Positions 47,229 to 56,368 of a stretch of DNA of 64,000 nt are shown here, piece by piece. The position numbers were made by a program, and so were the translations under genes. The DNA is from an uncultured Pseudomonadales bacterium. GTDB lineage: Bacteria; Patescibacteriota; Microgenomatia; UBA1400; UBA12028. Location of the stretch: positions 352,293 through 416,292 of the forward strand of contig CAZWPK010000001.1 in the NCBI GenBank assembly GCA_964635905.1, written 5' to 3'. Positions within the stretch are counted from its first letter, which is position 1. The number at the start of each line of letters is the position of its first letter. The notes under the pieces are model-generated. The model was given only the letters and a program-made list of their open reading frames with translations, was not told where the DNA came from and ran no database searches.

Positions 47229-47912
47229 GTGTACACTGTATCTATGATAAAACGCTCACTCCTTCTTTCGTTGCTGATTGGCTTTCTGCTCCTATTGTTG
47301 GGAAGAACTCCAGTGTTTGCGCAAACACAAACCATTACATTGGAAGAGCTTAGTAAGTTTGACGGAAAAGATGGACGCAAAGCCTACTATGCTTTCGAAG
47401 GTGTAATCTATGATGCGACAAATAGTCCACAGTGGAAGTTGGGCCAACATTTCGGATTGAGTGCGGGTCGTGATCTTACGGGAAAACTGGAAGGTGCCCC
47501 CCATGGCGATGGGTTGGTAAAAAGCATGCCTGTTGTGGGAACAGTAGCAACGACGACTTCAACACAAGTTACGCCCGCAGCAACTGCCGCACCGACCACA
47601 CCAACCGAAGCGAAACCCACATCTGCTTGGTGGCAGTCTCGTATTCGGATTCTCGGCATTAGCATTTTGGGATGGACGGGCATTATTCTTGCAGTCGTCT
47701 TTATCTTAAACTTTGCGACCTGCTTTGCGTTACCCTGGAGTAAGCTTCCCTTGCCTTGGATGGGGTCACGTCCAGGAGCAGATCCACTGGATACCACGAA
47801 GGTGCACTTAAAATGGGCGCAGATCCATAAGTATTTTGCCTGGTCGACGGTCATTGTCGGAATCATTCACGGGGTCATTGGGTTGTTACAGGTATTGGGA
47901 ATTTATCTGTAG
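47229..47912 (+). CDS. Cytochrome b5-like heme/steroid-binding (MAPR-like) domain protein with a C-terminal membrane domain.
   Basis: TLEELSKFDGKDGRKAYYAFEGVIYDATNSPQWKLGQHFGLSAGRDLT matches the MAPR/cyt-b5-like fold without the His ligands. Followed by TM helices. Confidence 0.5.
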   Translation: MYTVSMIKRSLLLSLLIGFLLLLLGRTPVFAQTQTITLEELSKFDGKDGRKAYYAFEGVIYDATNSPQWKLGQHFGLSAGRDLTGKLEGAPHGDGLVKSMPVVGTVATTTSTQVTPAATAAPTTPTEAKPTSAWWQSRIRILGISILGWTGIILAVVFILNFATCFALPWSKLPLPWMGSRPGADPLDTTKVHLKWAQIHKYFAWSTVIVGIIHGVIGLLQVLGIYL

Positions 47913-47992
47913 CTCTTACCAGAATCTTTAATAGGTGTGGTAGTGTTACTATAGACAGTAAAGAGTTACCACAATTCCTTTCTGTCACACCC

Positions 47993-49249
47993 ATGGTTAA
48001 CTTTTTCCAATCGTTACTTGTGAGGGAATATCAGACCTTTCTCTCCATTTCTAATTCTGCACGAAAGTTGCTTCTGTCCGTCTTTGTTTTCAACCTGGCA
48101 ACACCACTACTCAATTTATTTTCGAGTTCCTTTTTGTTACGTACAGGAAATGACTTCAAAATGGTTGCGATCTATAACATCGCTGTCTACGTTGCCCTTG
48201 CTTTCAGTTATTACCTCAATGGCAAGTTATTCCGTTTTGCTTCCGTTACGCAGCTGTATCAGATTGGAGTCTTGGGACAAGCGGTCGTACTGGTAGCATT
48301 TTTCTTTTCAGCACCCACCACAGTGATTGGGGTTCTCATCTTTGGACTGTTGCATGGAATTCCGGCAGGGCTATTTTGGGCTAATCGAAAATTGATTGCA
48401 ATGGATACGACGGCGGACGGACAACGTTTTTACTTTACCGGGATTGAACAGATCTTAGGTGTAATTGGAGGAATACTCACTCCTCTCGTCGTGGGCTGGT
48501 ATGTAGGCGATTTACATGCACTCTCGCAGAGTGTGAGTTCGCGCTACCAAACACTGTCGTTGGTCGCTTTTGTGCTACTGGCGGTGTCGGCATTCTATGC
48601 CACAAAAATTCGGCAAAAGATACCCGTTGAATTTCAGTTTCATCCCCCATTTACAAGTTTTCGCTGGAAGCAGGTGCGAAAGATTCAGTTTCTAGAGGGT
48701 TTTCGCAATGGGGTGAATGGATTCTTACTTCCCTTGTTTGTGTTTGAATATGTCGGGGCAGAAAAAGAACTCGGGAGTATCGCTTCGCTGGCAGCTCTAT
48801 CTTCTTGTGGAATTTTATATGTGTTGATCCGCAAACTGAAAACTCGGGCCAGAATGGAAGTACTGGCAATTACCTATCTAGCCTTTATCATGGTGACGTT
48901 GATTCACTTTTTTGTAGGGTCCAACGCCAGTGCCTTAGCGTTTGTGTTACTGATTGATCCGATCTTTAATCTGAATTGGTCGGCATTCAATCCTCTGTTA
49001 CTTCGACAAATTGAGATAGAAGATCAGGGAATCAAACGACACAACTATGCCTATATCACCGATTTACAAGCATTTTTAAATGGAGGCCGAATTGTATCCA
49101 CACTTCTATTCTTGGTTGCGCTGTTGTATCTGTCACAGTCACAAGTGTTACGATTCTTTCCACTGCTGTTAGCGATTTCCCAACTAATCATTCTTCTTTT
49201 GTTTCGAAAAGTCCAGTCTGAGAGGCTTGTACGAAGCGAGCAGACCTAG
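47993..49249 (+). CDS. MFS-type transporter.
   Basis: About 12 predicted TM helices. Arg/Lys-rich cytoplasmic loops (RKLIAMD, RKLKTRAR). Confidence 0.55.
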   Translation: MVNFFQSLLVREYQTFLSISNSARKLLLSVFVFNLATPLLNLFSSSFLLRTGNDFKMVAIYNIAVYVALAFSYYLNGKLFRFASVTQLYQIGVLGQAVVLVAFFFSAPTTVIGVLIFGLLHGIPAGLFWANRKLIAMDTTADGQRFYFTGIEQILGVIGGILTPLVVGWYVGDLHALSQSVSSRYQTLSLVAFVLLAVSAFYATKIRQKIPVEFQFHPPFTSFRWKQVRKIQFLEGFRNGVNGFLLPLFVFEYVGAEKELGSIASLAALSSCGILYVLIRKLKTRARMEVLAITYLAFIMVTLIHFFVGSNASALAFVLLIDPIFNLNWSAFNPLLLRQIEIEDQGIKRHNYAYITDLQAFLNGGRIVSTLLFLVALLYLSQSQVLRFFPLLLAISQLIILLLFRKVQSERLVRSEQT

Positions 49250-49316
49250 TTTGCTCTTACATCCTTGTGTAGTGCTTGTGATGGAAGTTCGTTGCTCTGA
49301 TGGATATAGTAGTTGT

Positions 49317-49688
49317 ATGAATCCTGTTGCTACAAAACATCTCCAGTTTGCTCGAACACTTACCTACTTTTTGGATAGTCGATTTTCAATTCTTGGGTTT
49401 CGTTTCGGTCTTGATCCCATCTTGGATCTAATCCCAGGAATTGGAACCGTGGTTCCGACCGTGTTGTCTGGCTATTTGATTTGGATTGGAATTCAAGTAG
49501 AGCTACCAGGCAAATTGTTGACCCAAATGATCATTAATGTGATTGTGGATGGCATTTTAGGGAGCATTCCTGTGGTCGGGCTAGTAGCAGACGCCTTCTT
49601 TAAAGCTAACGAAGAGAACTTAAAGATCTTGGAAGCGCATGTTCAACGGGATGCGCAGGACAAACCCACAAAACGTATCGTAACTTGA
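49317..49688 (+). CDS. DUF4112 domain membrane protein.
   Basis: FRFGLDPILDLIPGIGTVVP...VDGILGSIPVVGLVADAFFKANEENLKIL is the DUF4112 signature. The ATG is at 49317 (track start 49227 is upstream). Confidence 0.6.
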   Translation: MNPVATKHLQFARTLTYFLDSRFSILGFRFGLDPILDLIPGIGTVVPTVLSGYLIWIGIQVELPGKLLTQMIINVIVDGILGSIPVVGLVADAFFKANEENLKILEAHVQRDAQDKPTKRIVT

Positions 49689-49742
49689 ACTGTCTGGGCT
49701 GCTTGGCTTGTGAAAAAAAACAATAGCATTTAAGATGCAAGG

Positions 49743-50291
49743 ATGGGGGAAGATCGGAAACAAGCAATCGCTACGTCAAATATTCGTGTATTAAGTTCTT
49801 CGGACGCAGCCGACTATCAGAAACTTCGTCTACTCGCGTTAACAACCGATGCGGATGCCTATTTTTCCACCGTTGAGGAAGCTAGAAACCTTCCGTTGTT
49901 TGCCTTTGAACAAGAAGTACGCACCCAGCCGAGTCCCTTTGGTTACTATGGCTGGTTTGAGGATGGCTTAAAAGCCTATGTCTCTTTGCAGATGCCCTAC
50001 TTTGAAAAGCAGCGACACACGGCAGATATTTTTAATCTCTATGTGCATCCGGACTTTCGTAAACGTGGGATCGCCCGTGCCATGGTGACGCATGTAATTG
50101 AGCGTTCCCATCAGATTCCAAAAATCGAAGCCTTGTTTTTGTCGGTGATGGACAGCAACACAAAGGCTATACAACTGTATGAACATTTAGGCTTTCAAAT
50201 CTATGGCAACAAAGAGCATGCCTTAAAGTCCGGTACCCGCTACGTCAACGAGCTCTACATGCGGTTAGATTTAACCACGACAGGGTTGTAA
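49743..50291 (+). CDS. GNAT-family N-acetyltransferase.
   Basis: Acetyl-CoA binding motif LYVHPDFRKRGIARAMV. Confidence 0.7.
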   Translation: MGEDRKQAIATSNIRVLSSSDAADYQKLRLLALTTDADAYFSTVEEARNLPLFAFEQEVRTQPSPFGYYGWFEDGLKAYVSLQMPYFEKQRHTADIFNLYVHPDFRKRGIARAMVTHVIERSHQIPKIEALFLSVMDSNTKAIQLYEHLGFQIYGNKEHALKSGTRYVNELYMRLDLTTTGL

Positions 50292-50363
50292 CGGATTTCA
50301 AATCAAGAGCACGACGCGCACCCCAATGCGGATGATAAGATAGCTGTAAAGGAATGTACGTGT

Positions 50364-51602
50364 ATGACGCAACCACAAGTATTAAAAGGTTTTCGAGATT
50401 TTATGCCCGCTGACAAAGCCGCCAGAGATTTTGTCATGGAAAAACTAACGCATACCTTTCAGTCTTTTGGATTCTTGCCCATTGAGACTCCTACGTTAGA
50501 ATATCGAGAGACCATCATGGGAAAATACGGGGACGAAGCGGATAAGCTCGTGTATCAATTCGTTGATAACGGCGATCGTCAGGTTGCGCTGCGCTATGAC
50601 CAAACCGTTCCGACAGCTCGTTTTATCGCCAACCACTTCGGAGAGATCACCTTCCCTTTTCGTCGCTATCAGATGCAGAATGTGTTTCGCGCAGATAAGC
50701 CACAACGCGGCAGATACCGAGAGTTTACGCAGTGTGATATCGATCTGTTTGGGTCCACGGACCCGATCGCTGATGCCGAAGTACTTGCCTGTGTGTATGC
50801 GTCGTATACCGCAATTGGCTTTTCCTCCATACAGATTCAAGTTAATGATCGTCAAACGTTAGTTTCTGCCTTGGAAGGTTGTACGAAACCCGGCGTGAAT
50901 GTTTTTTCATTGATCCAGTGCATTGATAAATTGGACAAACTGCCACCGGATGAAGTCATTGCCGAATTAGTGCGAAAAGGTTTAACCAATGTCGAGGCTG
51001 CTAAAGTCTTAGAAACGTTAGGCCAGCTACAGCCATCGGCCAATTTAGAACAAATACTGTCGCTTGCCCAGAGTTTGGGTGTGCCAACCTCCCAACTGCA
51101 GTTTAATGCTGCCTTAGCCCGTGGTTTGGATTACTACACCGGAATGATCTTTGAAGTGCGGATTCCGGAATACACCGTCGGTTCCGTTTGTGGTGGTGGT
51201 CGGTATGACAATTTAATTGAGCAACTATCCGGAATCAAGATGCCTGCAGTGGGTATGGCGGTTGGATTTGATCGAACAGTGGAGGCAGCCAAGCAACTCG
51301 GACTACTTTTCGATGCTGCTAGTAATCAAACAGTGTTAGTGACGGTGTTTGATGAACATCTGGTCGGTGAATCCGCCAAAATTACAGCCTCACTTCGGAA
51401 TGCAGGCATCCCTGCTGAGCTCTATTCCAAAGTTGATAAATTAGGGAAACAGTTCAAATATGCGGACAAGCGTGGAATTCGGTATGTCGTAGTCCTGGGC
51501 TCTGAGGAGCAGACGCGACAAGAATGTGTCGTAAAGGATTTACAGTCTGGAGAACAAGAAACTATGCCCATTGCTGATTTGGTTTCTAAATTGTTGGGTT
51601 AA
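50364..51602 (+). CDS. hisS: Histidine--tRNA ligase.
   Basis: Class II motifs. HisRS-specific blocks RYDQTVPTARF, FRRYQMQNVFRADKPQRGRYREFTQCDIDLFG and GGGRYDNL. Confidence 0.9.
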   Translation: MTQPQVLKGFRDFMPADKAARDFVMEKLTHTFQSFGFLPIETPTLEYRETIMGKYGDEADKLVYQFVDNGDRQVALRYDQTVPTARFIANHFGEITFPFRRYQMQNVFRADKPQRGRYREFTQCDIDLFGSTDPIADAEVLACVYASYTAIGFSSIQIQVNDRQTLVSALEGCTKPGVNVFSLIQCIDKLDKLPPDEVIAELVRKGLTNVEAAKVLETLGQLQPSANLEQILSLAQSLGVPTSQLQFNAALARGLDYYTGMIFEVRIPEYTVGSVCGGGRYDNLIEQLSGIKMPAVGMAVGFDRTVEAAKQLGLLFDAASNQTVLVTVFDEHLVGESAKITASLRNAGIPAELYSKVDKLGKQFKYADKRGIRYVVVLGSEEQTRQECVVKDLQSGEQETMPIADLVSKLLG

Positions 51603-51613
51603 GAAAGGAAGCT

Positions 51614-51964
51614 ATGACCAGCCGAATTTTAGAAGAGAGCGGAGTTTCTGCAGACGATCATCTTTCTTTGCGCTGGAAAAAAGTAGTTGCCGCAAATCCA
51701 ACTTGGAATGAGTTGAACGATATGCAATTCTTATTTGCTCTTAATACACAAATAGAAATGCATAACCCATTCCTTTTTGTGGTGTCTGAACGAATAATGA
51801 AGGCACCTATTTTTTCAGTTTTATCGCCATTCATGCTAGAGGCAATTTCTCGAACCCTTCTTGTGTCCACCGATCAAGAAATCCTACAGATGCCAGGAAT
51901 TGAGGAGTCCGACGCATCACTGATTGATTCTGCTTTTCGCATGCTACAGTCTCAACGAGACTAG
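51614..51964 (+). CDS. Hypothetical protein.
   Basis: 116-aa ORF with an SD-like GAAAGGAAG upstream. Confidence 0.35.
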   Translation: MTSRILEESGVSADDHLSLRWKKVVAANPTWNELNDMQFLFALNTQIEMHNPFLFVVSERIMKAPIFSVLSPFMLEAISRTLLVSTDQEILQMPGIEESDASLIDSAFRMLQSQRD

Positions 51965-52030
51965 AGATCTGGAACTTTAAAAAAAGAATTATGGTAAATT
52001 ATTGCTTTCCATGCAGAAAACCGCGCAGGA

Positions 52031-52162
52031 CATTCCATTGGAGCGAAGCGAGGAATGCGCGGATGAATGAGCGAGAGCATGGCGGAGCCATGCTAAGCTG
52101 TTCATTCCTTGCACAGAACCCCGCATAAGTTACCATTGGAGCGAAGCGAGACGAATGCGGGG
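52031..52162. repeat. Cluster of three imperfect palindromic hairpins (IS200-family subterminal structures). Two share the loop ATTGGAGCGAAGCGAG.
   Basis: cattcc-ATTGGAGCGAAGCGAG-gaatg (52031..52057). agcatgg-cggag-ccatgct (52077..52095). ccccgcat-...ATTGGAGCGAAGCGAG...-atgcgggg (52119..52162). The GGAGCGAAGCG motif is also present in the other IS left end (32475..32488). Confidence 0.6.
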
Positions 52163-52207
52163 GTGGATGAAACTAACTTGCCACGTGAAATGTGGTAAGT
52201 TGTCAGC

Positions 52208-52639
52208 ATGAGAACAAGGAAGTTGAATCATTCTGTGTACCAGCATCAATATCACTTGGTGTGGGGTACACGGTATCGTAGACCCTTCATCAAACAGTAT
52301 GTGAAAGATGAACTCCTCATCTACATTAAACGGATTGTGGCCAAGTACCCCACACTCCACCTCATCGAAGTGAATACTGATAAAGATCACATCCATCTTC
52401 AGATTGAGATACCACCCAATTTGACAGTAAGTACGGTTGTGCAACGCATCAAGAGCGAGAGTAGCGTGCCATTAAAGAAACGATTTCCCTTTATCAAGGA
52501 GATGTACTTAGATGAGGGGGTATGGAGTGTGGGCTATTATTCAAGCACGGTAGGACTCAATGAGAAAACAATACAGGAATATATTAAGTATCAGCAACGA
52601 GAGGAGAAGCCCACACAATTCAAACTTCCGTTCTCATGA
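52208..52639 (+). CDS. tnpA: IS200/IS605-family transposase TnpA (HUH Y1).
   Basis: YHLVWGTRYRRPFI, DKDHIHLQIEIPP (HuH), VWSVGYYSSTVG (Tyr region). Confidence 0.85.
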   Translation: MRTRKLNHSVYQHQYHLVWGTRYRRPFIKQYVKDELLIYIKRIVAKYPTLHLIEVNTDKDHIHLQIEIPPNLTVSTVVQRIKSESSVPLKKRFPFIKEMYLDEGVWSVGYYSSTVGLNEKTIQEYIKYQQREEKPTQFKLPFS

Positions 52640-52724
52640 TGGAACGTTGGATACCCCGTACGACCATCGGGAGTGCGGGGAGGACGTCATTACCTACAAC
52701 TTTCCTTAATTGTCTGAAGCATTT

Positions 52725-53084
52725 ATGACAACAAGATATTTAGAGCAACATCTTCCCATGTTGATACATTCCAGCTTAGATATTCGGGCTTCAAAAGTTG
52801 AAGAGGAATGGCCAGGTATTAGACATGTTCCAGATGAAATACTACGGGTTGAATTAATTGGGGCATTTCAACTTCTCGCGGAGAGGCTAGATTTTAACAA
52901 ATCTAAAGAACGTGCAAATAGAATCCTGCAGTTGCTGTATAGATCAGGAAAGGTACTACCTGGATTTAATATCGCCGCTCAGTTTTTAGCTTCTGCAACC
53001 AATAGAGAGTTAGCTTCAATTGCACATATTCCTCATGATGAAATCGATGCAATTGATTTAGCATTAAGAAATAATCGAGAGTAG
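52725..53084 (+). CDS. Small paralogous protein (family A) with a C-terminal HhH-like motif.
   Basis: Shares the W-PG-R...LLRSGK...GF block and C-terminal ELASIAHIPHDEIDAIDLALRNNRE with the 53240 and 54599 genes. Confidence 0.45.
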   Translation: MTTRYLEQHLPMLIHSSLDIRASKVEEEWPGIRHVPDEILRVELIGAFQLLAERLDFNKSKERANRILQLLYRSGKVLPGFNIAAQFLASATNRELASIAHIPHDEIDAIDLALRNNRE

Positions 53085-53239
53085 TCTGTAGATGCATGCC
53101 ATTCCGTCTGTATGTTGAGATGTAGTGTCCTATCTCCCCTGCCAGCGCTTGAACCCTCTGGGTCTAGCAATCTGCCAGTCCAACTAGAGTTGTGTTAGAA
53201 TTACGGCCAGCTAAGTACTCGTTTAGTGTAGGAGAGAAT

Positions 53240-53602
53240 ATGACCACTGAATTTATTCAAAACAACTTCCCTGATTTCGAGAAATGGTATCTTTCGCTTC
53301 GAGCTAGAAAAGTTGTTGAAGTATGGCCCGGGGTTCGATTGGTGAGTGACGAAGATTTTTTCGTTGCTCTAACACAAGTATCGGCCAAATTAAACCCTGA
53401 TGCGGATGCGAATAGGTGGGAAGCGAATGCACGAGGAATTCTCAACCAACTACTGCGCTCTGGTAAAGCGATACACGGGTTTGATATGACAGCCAAAGTT
53501 TCAGCAGCGTTAACAGATGCAGAGTTACTAACGATTCCTCAGATTGGCCGTGAACGTATCAAGGCTATTAATCTGGCCATAGATTCCCTGCGACGTGAGT
53601 AA
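53240..53602 (+). CDS. Small paralogous protein (family A) with a C-terminal HhH-like motif.
   Basis: Strong SD AGGAGAG before the ATG at 53240. VEVWPGVRLV...LLRSGKAIHGF...ELLTIPQIGRERIKAINLAIDSLRRE. Confidence 0.5.
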   Translation: MTTEFIQNNFPDFEKWYLSLRARKVVEVWPGVRLVSDEDFFVALTQVSAKLNPDADANRWEANARGILNQLLRSGKAIHGFDMTAKVSAALTDAELLTIPQIGRERIKAINLAIDSLRRE

Positions 53603-53628
53603 GGTAGGCAACGATTATCATTAGTCTC

Positions 53629-54516
53629 ATGCGATCATCTGTACGATTCGGCGCAACATTTTCGCATTTGCATGCACAGTGGCTAGGTCTTGATGTTCGT
53701 TCTACCTTCAAACAGACACTCGCGTTGAAATTCGATTACCTTCGTTTGTGCTGCTACTGGAAAGAGTGTGAACCACAGCGGGGTGAGTACCATTTCTCCT
53801 CACTGGATGAACTGCTCACATTTTGTGAGCGATCAAAACAAGCGGTGGTAGTGACTGTGGGAATGAAAGCTCCACGATGGCCAGAATTTCATCTCCCAGA
53901 GTGGACCAGTTTTGATGATCCTGACCTCCATGCGCATGTGTTGCGATTCATAACAGCTGTTCTTTTGCATCTGCGTCACTATCATTGTATTCGTTATTGG
54001 CAGGTAGAAAACGAGCCGATAGAACGAATGGTTACGAATTTCCGTGCTATCTCTACGTCGTTTTTTTATCAGGAGGTATCATTGGTGCAAAGCTTAGATC
54101 ATCGTCCGATCATCGGTACGATGCTTGCCAATTCCCGTTACCTTTTTTTCCCCGAGCGGACTCTAGGGAGATACTGTGATGTCCTGGGAGTTGATTTGTA
54201 CTTCAAGATCCCGATTTTGGGAGTCTTGACCCTGCCCTTTCTCGAAATTCCAGGAAGTCTACGACGATTGATCATGGGAAGTTCGAAACCTGTTTGGATC
54301 ACGGAACTTCAGGCAGAACCCTGGGAATCGCAGAACTCTTTTTCCAAACAGAAACGAACTGTGGACATCACGGCATCAGGACTTAGAGACAACACGTATA
54401 AGGCACAAAAAATGGGTGCGACAACCATTTTCTTTTGGGGAGTGGAGTATTGGTTTGCTCAACAAAAAAGAGGAGATCGTTCGCTTCTACAAACAGCAAA
54501 AATGATCATGCGTTAG
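53629..54516 (+). CDS. Clan GH-A glycoside hydrolase (GH5/GH42/GH113-like).
   Basis: Acid/base WQVENEP and nucleophile ITELQAEPW spaced ~100 aa apart, as in the (beta/alpha)8 clan GH-A. Confidence 0.45.
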   Translation: MRSSVRFGATFSHLHAQWLGLDVRSTFKQTLALKFDYLRLCCYWKECEPQRGEYHFSSLDELLTFCERSKQAVVVTVGMKAPRWPEFHLPEWTSFDDPDLHAHVLRFITAVLLHLRHYHCIRYWQVENEPIERMVTNFRAISTSFFYQEVSLVQSLDHRPIIGTMLANSRYLFFPERTLGRYCDVLGVDLYFKIPILGVLTLPFLEIPGSLRRLIMGSSKPVWITELQAEPWESQNSFSKQKRTVDITASGLRDNTYKAQKMGATTIFFWGVEYWFAQQKRGDRSLLQTAKMIMR

Positions 54517-54598
54517 CCTCGATAGATTCTTACCGTATTTTCAAACATTTGGCGTATACTCTGCCCTACAGAGACACGATCCTACTATTTAGAGTTTG

Positions 54599-54964
54599 AT
54601 GACCGATCAATTCTTGGCTCAACAACAATTTTCCTCCCCTACTTCCTTTGACGCTCGCATGGCGATTTTAGTTAAGCTGGAATCTCTTGAGCGTATCCGA
54701 ACCCTGACCGATCACGCCACAATTCAATTTCTGATAAAAGCCCAGGTCCAATTAGGTGGCACAGAGAAATCTGCCAGCTCGTATGCGACGCAGATCTATC
54801 ATATCTTCATCCGCAAAGGTTGGGTTCTCGTGGGAATGCAGGAATTTGCTGTAGCACTGCACGCGGTAACAACCAAAGAGCTTCTTTCCGCTGATCGAAT
54901 AGGAAAAATTGCTATTCCTCGAATAGATCTTGCGATTGCACTCATGCATGGAAATAGGCACTAA
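54599..54964 (+). CDS. Small paralogous protein (family A) with a C-terminal HhH-like motif.
   Basis: KELLSADRIGKIAIPRIDLAIALMHGNRH aligns with the C-termini of the two paralogs upstream. Confidence 0.4.
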   Translation: MTDQFLAQQQFSSPTSFDARMAILVKLESLERIRTLTDHATIQFLIKAQVQLGGTEKSASSYATQIYHIFIRKGWVLVGMQEFAVALHAVTTKELLSADRIGKIAIPRIDLAIALMHGNRH

Positions 54965-54967
54965 GCA

Positions 54968-55711
54968 CTACTCCAAGAAATGGACAAACAGTCCTAAGAG
55001 CAGGATTCCTCCCAAGAACGGCAGAGTCTGCATCCACTTCCGTTTTTCCGAAAGTTCTTTGTGCAGTTCCGGGATCAAATCTGAACAGGCGATGTACAGA
55101 AACATTCCAGCCGTAAAGCTCAGAAGTATCCAGGAGAGTCCCTCGATCGTTTCAAAGAAAAAGTACGCAGATACTGCCCCAATTACGGCGGTGAGTCCGG
55201 AGATGAAGTTATACAGCAACGCTTTTTTCTTTTTCATCCCCCCACTAATGAGCACACTAAAATCTGCAATTTCCTGGGGAATTTCGTGCGCGGCAATGGC
55301 CAGAGTGGTAGTCATCCCTAGAGCTGGATTAACCAAAAAGGCAGCCGCGATCGCAACCCCATCGATGAAGTTATGTACGGCATCACCAAGCAAAATCAAT
55401 ACTGAAGTGGGAGCATGTCCGTGCGAGGCATGGTGGTGATGAAACCAGACTACAAAGCGTTCTAAAAAGAAAAACGCTACGATTCCCACCAAGACTGGTA
55501 CAAAGACAGCTTCTTCCCCGCCGGAAGCCTCTAACGCTTCTGGGAGCAAGTCTAATAAGGCTGCCGATAACATGATGCCAGCCGCAAAGCTTACTAATGA
55601 CGAGGTAAAGGTTGAGTTGGAGAAAAGCCGATGATTGACTAGAAAGATCCCTCCCACAAACGAGACGGCACTGACTAAAAGGCTTGCAAGCAAAATGAGG
55701 AGTAATGTCAT
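54968..55711 (-). CDS. ZIP-family divalent metal transporter (ZupT-like).
   Basis: His-rich loop HHHHASHGH. ZIP signature LGDAVHNFIDGVAIAAAF and HEIPQEIADFSVL. Confidence 0.75.
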   Translation of the reverse strand: MTLLLILLASLLVSAVSFVGGIFLVNHRLFSNSTFTSSLVSFAAGIMLSAALLDLLPEALEASGGEEAVFVPVLVGIVAFFFLERFVVWFHHHHASHGHAPTSVLILLGDAVHNFIDGVAIAAAFLVNPALGMTTTLAIAAHEIPQEIADFSVLISGGMKKKKALLYNFISGLTAVIGAVSAYFFFETIEGLSWILLSFTAGMFLYIACSDLIPELHKELSEKRKWMQTLPFLGGILLLGLFVHFLE

Positions 55712-55743
55712 GCCCTAATTATCGCAACAGAGTTGCGTATTGT

Positions 55744-56316
55744 CTAGAGGGATTTGAGTGCAAATTCTAAACCGATTCGATGGATTTCACCATACAGCTT
55801 GCCATAATCACTCCAGCGAAAGATTTCTTCCTCTATGATAAGAGGGTTTTTACTTGGAATGGTAATAAGCTCTGAAGGTAGGGAGGCATACGTGCTTATC
55901 AGCTCTTCCATTTCTTTGAGGGTGAGATGTCTGACTCCATCGAGATCATCATTTGCGGTGATATCTTGAGAGTCACAGGTAAGCGCATACAGATAGGTGG
56001 TAAACTCGTAGGCTTTTTTGGTGGATTCCTCATCAATTTGCGCAATGATGGTGGCAACCTCGTTGAGAGCGGTAGGATATACCTCAATACCCAGTTCTTC
56101 TTGAAGCTCTCGTGCTGCTCCCGTTTTAGGATCTTCGTTCCCCTCCAGTCCCCCTCCGACAAAGCGCACAATTCCAGGAGGATAGATATCTTTGGCGCCC
56201 AGTACAAGCTTCCCCTGCTCATCGATGACCATGATGAGGGCATGTCGACCACGTTTCATGACGGGCGGTACGTGTGTAAATGAAAACTGCAGTTTACGGG
56301 AAGGAGCTGAATCCAT
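55744..56316 (-). CDS. NUDIX hydrolase.
   Basis: Nudix box GGGLEGNEDPKTGAARELQEELGIEV. Confidence 0.8.
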   Translation of the reverse strand: MDSAPSRKLQFSFTHVPPVMKRGRHALIMVIDEQGKLVLGAKDIYPPGIVRFVGGGLEGNEDPKTGAARELQEELGIEVYPTALNEVATIIAQIDEESTKKAYEFTTYLYALTCDSQDITANDDLDGVRHLTLKEMEELISTYASLPSELITIPSKNPLIIEEEIFRWSDYGKLYGEIHRIGLEFALKSL

Positions 56317-56368
56317 AGAGTTCTATTGTACATGGAAGCGAATCATTTTCCCATGATATACTCGAGGA

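Larger units (their letters stand above)
52025..52690 (+). mobile_element. Second IS200/IS605-family insertion sequence (tnpA only). Ends are approximate.
   Basis: A distinct HUH transposase preceded by three left-end hairpins and followed by hairpin 52655..52680. Confidence 0.6.
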
